Positions 53,601 through 60,373 of a stretch of DNA of 60,373 bases are shown here, in pieces (position 1 is the stretch's first letter; every line of letters begins with the position of its first letter). This stretch comes from Lenisia limosa (Eukaryota; Protista; Breviatea). A program made the translations under genes and the position numbers. Under the pieces are notes generated by a model. It had not been told where the DNA came from, ran no database searches, and saw only the letters and a list, made by a program, of their open reading frames with translations. Location: contig LPNZ01009056.1 of NCBI GenBank assembly GCA_001655205.1, positions 1 through 60,373 on the forward strand. Reading direction: 5' to 3'.

Positions 53601-54440
53601 ATAAACAGAGATTTTGGAGAAAAGCCTCTAAACATAGACCATCAGGATGTTGAATACCAGACTAACGAGCAAATTGAGTCGAAAGTGACGCAGGCGTCAC
53701 AAAGAGGAGGGCAATAAACAGTAATGAAGCAGGTATCTGTTGAGGTTAGAAATAATGGTTTAATTCTGTCTGAATTTCAAAAAAAAGTGTAGTGTTATGC
53801 AGTGAATAGTTTTATGCCAAAGATGATTATGGAACCCCCTCATACAATGAACGTCACAGCCAAAAGGAAGCACTGGGCTTTTTTCGAGGAGAATAGGAGC
53901 ATAAATCTCGCTAGCACAACGTAGAAAATTACTGAAAAAAATTACCTATGTTAAAAACAAAGAAATACTGGTGATAATTAAAAATTATTTTACAACAACT
54001 AGGGCTTCCTCCGGTTCGAAAAAGACCGGTTAAATATCGATAGTTTTCGAGGATTTATCGAGAAATTAAGTCTTTTTTGGAACCGAAGTGAAGCCCTAAC
54101 AATAACAAACCATAAAGCGCAAGATCCACGAAAGGAGAGTTAACAAGGTCAAAGCTGTCCTTGATACTTGGTGCCGGTGATGGCCTGGTAAGTGAAATAC
54201 TCCGTGATTTTGTTGTAGCTATGATGATTTCTTTAACTTGGTAAAGAAATTGTAGATTGTCTTGAAGTATCTCTGACACTTATGTATGTATACTATAGGA
54301 TAAACTGTACAAGGAAGAAACACTCAATATCATGTTTATCTATTGAGTTCAGAGTTTCGTGGGGGTTGGGTATTCTCTCTTTCACCCACCAGGCTTGTTC
54401 CATAATATAGGTAGATTCTGCGGGTGCCACATCCTGAAAG
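50667..54440 (-). CDS. Multi-exon protein with coiled-coil and a Pro-rich tail carrying LPxY/PPxY motifs
   Basis: Exons SSLRREEERLARER and RISDNATRRLNE join in phase. Also KQRKAANERVKLLNKQTSDMEAKLS and RKVTGLSKLKYDPLIIKVG. The last exon reads ..PAPSAPPKSK..VLPAYDEV..PSAPPAYNAL*. The 5' boundary is uncertain. Confidence 0.55.
54000..54098. mobile_element. ~100 bp hAT-like MITE, copy 3
   Basis: TAGGGC..GCCCTA termini; 8-bp flanks acaacaac / acaataac (7/8), consistent with a hAT-type TSD. Confidence 0.8.
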
Positions 54441-54569
54441 AGTTTACAAAATGCAAAAACAAAAATGTTAACCGTATTATTGTGCTCTTTTGCGTTTACA
54501 AAATATATTCATGAGAGGGCTTCAAATTCTAATTAAAAATAAAAACCAAAATATGAACTCTTATTCTTG

Positions 54570-57500
54570 GTCGAAGCAATCAGGCTCACCTCAGTGTAGT
54601 TAACGAGGGTTGAGTAGAAGTAGATACCAGACTCATTGGCACCGAATTTGATGTTGTTCACTGCGACAGTCTGGTTATTGGCTTCGAATACAGCAAGGCG
54701 ACTTGGAGGGTACTGAATAAAGGATTAGTAATTGCCCCATGAACATCATTCAGCGATATATTGCAAGATAAGCAAAGTCTCCACTTCGATTCCAAAAAAA
54801 TACTTCTCAATGGAAAATTGTAAAGGATAATAATTGTAAAAAAAACGATAACTCATGTAAATAATGAAGTAAAATCCAACAGACTACGCATGAGTGTTCA
54901 TGGTGTTTTCCCTATCATCTATTTGCCCTAGTCTATAGCAACTTCATATGTCATCTCGATTATAAAACAAATGAAATTATTTGTTCATTCTATATTACAT
55001 GTTGCAAAAACCAAACCCACCACTAAATCACTTGAAACGATTCCTTTCCTTCCTGACACTTGCAGCATTCCAACAATCTAAAATGGTATCAATATGCGAC
55101 AAAATTAAAGAAGAGCGTCACCACATTAACACTTTACCTGACGGTTAAGTGTGTTCTTTGAAATAAATCTGCACTTGCGTTATTAGCAAAATTTTGCCAT
55201 GTTAAAAACATGACTGTGTGATGGTGTCAAATACAATGATGACTTTGAATAAAAAAAATCATAACTGTCACAAAAAAAATGCAACGGTATGTGGTACTAC
55301 AACACAATTTCTGTGACTAAAAAACCACACCTGGGGTTCCCACTTACTTCAGCAAAGACGATTAAAAACACAGTGGAGACAGAAAATAGAGCCAAGTACC
55401 ATGAGAACGTATGCTCAATCTGGTTGGTGAAGGCAGTTCATAATAACAACAACTTATCAAATAAATAATATTGAATATAATTATATTTGGAGTATCAAAT
55501 ACGTCCATTGGTATTTTCCGTAAAATATGATCAGTCTAAACAAAATAAGAGATCAATTTTAATAACAAAGTGCTGCTACTAAATTTTGTCAACAACATAG
55601 CATATGAACCTATAAGTGACCTGATTTGATCATTTCATAATTCATAGGGTTCAAAATCTTGATTATGGGGCCTACAACTAACACCTTTCCCAATTTATGA
55701 TCCTACCTGCAGCTTTTTAATAGTGGATTTCGTCGTCACCAAGTCAACTTTCTTCAAGAGGTCATTTTTCGAGGGTTGTACGACTCCTTAGAAGTAAAAT
55801 ATTTCTCATTAGAATTCCTTTACTTTTTGGAAATAGTCTTGATAAAACACGCAACCCAAAATAAAACCTTGCGCACGCTGAACTGAGCACATTTCACGAG
55901 GTTTTGCGGCACCTTCTGGATAGTCTATTTCCTCCATATGACTCAATTCTGATAATATGAAACAGCACAGAATTATAAGTGTTTTGGGGAAAGCATATTC
56001 AATGACAAAAATACAGCTTCCCTGAAGTACTAAAATAACTGATTTAAAATTATCTAATAACGGTCTTTTTCGGACCGGAGGTAAGACCAAGAAATTGAAA
56101 AGGGTCTACTCATCAACCACCCGCCAACCAGAATCTTCAAACGAAGCTTCAAATAAATGCGGGGCTCTATGGAGAGCTGTTCTCTTTTTGAAATGAGAAA
56201 TTCAAAAAAAAAACGTAACATTTTTATTCGGTGGCAGTAGGGTGTAACATGCAAAAATTAAACGATTTCTTCACCAAATCAAAAATATATATCCAACATT
56301 ACTTCATTAAATCAGGGAACCTCATCTAGAGCTAATTACTAAAGTTTATGCGAGACTCCATCACTAAAATGAAGACATCCCACTCACATTGTTTTCTATT
56401 TGAAAGATGTCTTTGGTGTTCCTCTACGTTCATAAGAAACATGACGAAATTAACTATTTTATGATACAGTATTACTCCAGAATCCTAAATGATATATTCT
56501 ACAAAGTACGAAGTATGAAAGAGCATTAAACCGTCAAACCCAAATCCCAATGCAGATGCAGTTCAACAACGACACTAGAAGAATGACACTAGAAGAAACA
56601 GTCACAACAGCAACATAGTTCAAATAAGAATACTTGCTAAAATTGCTATCCACAACTCACATGCAAGAAATGCATACGGAGTAATCCAAAACAAATAGTC
56701 GCACTCATTCAAGGTTTGCGGTTCAAGGTAATCTAAATTGTAAGAAATAGCTAGTCGATGTAAAATTTCTCATTCGGTTTGATATTATTTTGAAATAAGA
56801 CTGATCAATGTTTGATGCCATATATATTATAATAACAACTGAAACACTTTATTATAGTACTGCATATATGTAAGATCAAAATCCATAGATCTACTGCCCT
56901 ATATGTCGTTGATAGTGCATTCATAAGCTAATACTCCCAAACAGTACCATAATGACTAAGTGGGATACATGCCACTTCAGCAACCAGCCCAGAGTTCTCT
57001 TCACATATAGTTTGCAGGTTCTCTGAAAAGAAGGGTGAATAGAAACTGTGATTGTGTTCAACTATATCACCGAATATATTCGCAAAATACTCTTTTCAAA
57101 AAGTTAAATAAAAAGTAAAACCAAAACAAGAAAGAGTCATGCCTACTACACCTCAAAGTATCATAGAATCACCCCACAAAGTCATACCACTGATCGTGTT
57201 TTCATAGGCAGTAGTGGGGTAGTCCGTGAGCGTAAAGACAAAGTAGTTGATGACAAATGCAAGAAAACCAAACTGAATTGGTTGGTCTATTTAAATATGT
57301 GATTCATTTAACTTGCTGGGTTATTGTCACAAGATGGAGCTACAATTTACCACGCAGTGATATGATAGTACCCCATGTGGACAAGTGGAACATAGACGCT
57401 ATGAATGAAAATCCTTGTCTGTTGTAAGTGATCTCTATCAGAGTTCTTTTCAGATAATTGCGACAAGACTTCCCCAAGTTCACTATATGATATACTATTA

Positions 57501-59099
57501 CCCAATATATTTGCTGTGTACACATAGAAGAATTACGTTTAAACCAGCATACGAATGCAGTGGGGGCAAATCTCAGACTCAAATAAGTGAACGGAAGAAA
57601 ATACCCCCCAAGAAGCAGAGAGAAGTAAATGACAAACACTACAGTGTGAGGATATTTAACTTGAATTTGAAAAAAAAAAACATCCAGTAGTTCAAAAAGA
57701 ACAAAGTTTTCACGCCAGATATTCTCTTTAGTTTCAAAATTGAAATATAAATCATTTAGCAGTTATGTTTCTATTTTCTACATAACCAAGCCAACTTACA
57801 GTATCCATAAAAGCTAAGCTGTAGTATTGCACCGGGTGCATCAATTGTTTTTCGTCTAAAGTTAAATTATTGTAAATGAGAACCATGTATGGTATTATTT
57901 GTATTGCCCTTCTTACGGTTATTTATTACATTTACTAAATATTATGTATACATCACTCTAAAAAACGGAGTTGTTCATACATCAAGAATAATTTAATCTT
58001 ATGTAATATAATGCAAAAATAAAGATGGAAATGAAGAATAAGTAACTTGCTTGATGAAGCCATTTTACAGGGCCACTGTATCCCGGCTGATAAAAAATAA
58101 TCAAATCAGTTTTCATCATATTACAAATCAAGAGGAAACCCCGGGTACAGAAATTGAAGGTCTCGTCCATCCAAGTCAACTTCTGTGCTTTCAAAAATGG
58201 ATATCTGAAACATTAAAACTCAAAAACAAAAACACTAAATTTCGATAAGACTCCCCTCGCCACGGTGAGATTGGAGTCGTATGAGACGCCCAACTGGACA
58301 GCTGGTAAAATATGTTGCCAGCCCTCAAGCTTAACATCATGCATCTGGGGAAGTAAAATAGGAAAAATTTTGGAACAAATTAAAACCAAAATCAACTCTG
58401 TTGGCTGACTGAGGGTGAGATATGCAAGAAGGACACTTGACGTCAGAATATGCGGGGAAGAAATGCGAGGACGTGGAATAGGTAATGTACAATTGGGGTA
58501 AACCCTAAGCGCACCATGTACATAGGGTGGTTTACACCTGTTGATGCCACTGTTGCTGCATTCTGCAAAATATCAGTCTCAATAACAATTATATCTCTTA
58601 TACAACACTCCAAGCCATTAGGTACATTAAGTAAGCCTCAAATACATTACTGACAAAAGTAAAGTCCTTGCACCAATTACAACAATATGATATACGCTGT
58701 TTGCAGCCCTCTTTACGGTTTAAATCTTTCCACTATGAAATCCAAGTCGCTCGTATTAAACGCCAGTAATTAGCAGATGTTTGATATGGGCTGCAAAAAC
58801 TCGCAATAAAGACTTTCAGAGTACATGATCCAATATTGTAGTGATGTAGCAATACCAGCAATTTTTCAGGGTACTCCAAAGGTGTTATTTTTTTCAAAGA
58901 GGAAAAGAGAGTTGACTCATACCCATCACATTAACATTAACCGCTTTTGGATTAGAAACTCAAAAACTCAAAAACCAGCATCCGAGCATACTACAATGAA
59001 AAAGACGACAGCGAGCGCGACAACAAAGGTGGCGATAACTGAGATGACCATAGCCCTCTTTTGCCTATCAAGGTCCCGAAAGGCATACGAGAGGGGCAT
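54570..59099 (-). CDS. Putative type II membrane (N-anchored) glycoprotein, multi-exon, unknown family
   Basis: ATG at 59099 gives MPLSYAFRDLDRQKRAMVISVIATFVVALAVVFFIVVCSD (signal anchor). Later exons: MHDVKLEGWQHILPAVQLGVSYDSNLT, VINYFVFTLTDYPTTAYENTISG and AVFEANNQTVAVNNIKFGANESGIYFYSTLVNYTE (N-x-S/T sites). The 3' limit is uncertain and it may join the 50667-54440 gene. Confidence 0.45.
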
Positions 59100-59343
59100 G
59101 GTGCTGCCTTTGGCGAAGAGATCACTTTATTATGCGAGCCCCAAGCAATAGTTTACTTCTTACTTGCCTGTGATTATTATTACTATATATTGCACACACA
59201 AAAATAACACTAATCACTGATATAACCTGTATATAACACTGAGCTTACAAAAACCATCCGAAACACTAAGCAAAGATCGATGATCTACCTAGCATTTAGT
59301 AAAAAAATTGACTCCATTCAAGCTCTCTCCGCCTTGAATTGTT

Positions 59344-60373
59344 ATGAAAATGGGTGATTCAGTTGTTAGGAAGAACATAGACTCTTCAGTCGACCCCCGG
59401 TTCCAGATGTCTCCCGATCACAGTGCACAGTACTGCAAGGTCTACTGCGCTAGGCTCAGCCAGGCCCGCCCAGCGCTTGAGAACCTTATTAAGACCAAAT
59501 GGGCAAACAAAAAATGTGAGTCTTATTGATGGTGTCGTGTTCTTCTATCACTTTAGCTTTCCTGAAAAAAAGTGTTGGGTCATTTTCACACAAATATGCT
59601 ATCATTTTCCACATAGTGGTATGGTAACAACTCGTGTCAAGGTCTCAGTAGTGTATTGATGCATTCGGATTTTGTGTTCACCATTTTGACTCGAAAACAG
59701 ATTCTGTTGTATCCTATTGCGATGCAATACAGTCTAACACTACAGACCTGGACAGACTTCCCGACCTTCGTGCCGGCGGCTCAAACGCAATAATCGGTAC
59801 CGTACATTGTGTCATGGCCCTCAAGCCAAGTGCTCTCAAGGACCTTGCTAATGCCGTGGGAGAGGGTAGCGAGAGGTTATTTGGGGGGGGGGGGGNNNNN
59901 NNNNNNNNNNNNNNNNNNNNNNNNNNNNNNNNNNNNNNNNNNNNNNNNNNNNNNNNNNNNNNNNNNNNNNNNAATGATTGGGTGAATTATAATTATACTA
60001 TAATGCAATAGCTCTTATAAGCGTGAAGGTGTGGACGGCTTCGGTGGCCAGATACACCCTTATTTTTATTTTTTTTGTTTCCATTGCAATATGATAACCT
60101 TTCTTTCGGCATAGCAACTGATATTCTCTAGGGCAAGGTCAAGCAGACAGTAGAACAGCTTGGTTCCCTCATCAGTCCTGATGATACTGTGTTTCTAGAA
60201 GACACGCACGGACGTGTGGAGTTATTGCTGCCTGAAGATGTGGCTATTGTTTCAGGTACTTAAAGAGGCTTTACGCTTTGTTGAATAATGCCTTTTGGGT
60301 GTAATCTTCTCAATCACTTCCTCTCTCGCCCAGATTACCCACATCATTTAATCTCCAGAGAAGGACCAAATTA
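59344..60373 (+). CDS. POLD2: DNA polymerase delta small subunit (p50), 5' part; runs off the window
   Basis: Phase-consistent exons 59344-59515, 59746-59855 and 60132-60255 give QYCKVYCARLSQARPALENLIKTKW, IIGTVHCVMALKPSALKDL and LISPDDTVFLEDTHGRVEL. These match conserved POLD2 N-terminal motifs (QYxxxYxxRLxxxRP; GTxxxxMxLxPSIL; DDxLxLEDxxxRIxL). Confidence 0.9.

Noticed and set aside
59856-60131. Long-range pairing of 5' G-runs with 3' C-runs within introns
   Set aside because: In the introns I could read, G-runs and C-runs do not occur together in the same intron; e.g. POLD2 intron 2 has a G-run but no 3' C-run in the visible sequence.
1-60373. Fanzor/TnpB, Polinton/virophage or giant-virus insertion
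   Set aside because: No long intronless ORFs, and I recognised no RuvC, pPolB, capsid or packaging ATPase motifs. A frameshift-aware HMM search would be needed to exclude highly decayed copies.

Overview
AT-rich, intron-dense eukaryotic draft scaffold with about 21 N-gaps, many directly after poly-C, poly-G, poly-T or poly-A runs. Short GT-AG introns and the gene content suggest a protist, possibly an amoebozoan (inference only). The supplied ORF track is mostly exon fragments, so genes were reconstructed by hand from splice sites. The only confidently named gene is the 5' part of DNA polymerase delta small subunit (POLD2) at the right end. Also present: a LamG-like gene; a Pro-rich UBA-like gene with an internally deleted, long-TIR Tc1 element in one intron; a secreted protein with repeated C1q/TNF-like motifs; coiled-coil and unknown multi-exon genes; and a ~10 kb AT-rich decayed surface/membrane-protein region with in-frame stops. 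Repeats include two MITE families and a dispersed intronic 54-bp repeat with a conserved hairpin core. I found no clear novel multi-gene system. The best leads are the intronic hairpin repeat, a shared TTTCATAAATT plus poly-C intron 3' motif, the C1q-like repeat protein, and the direct-repeat-flanked Cys-rich/TM module.
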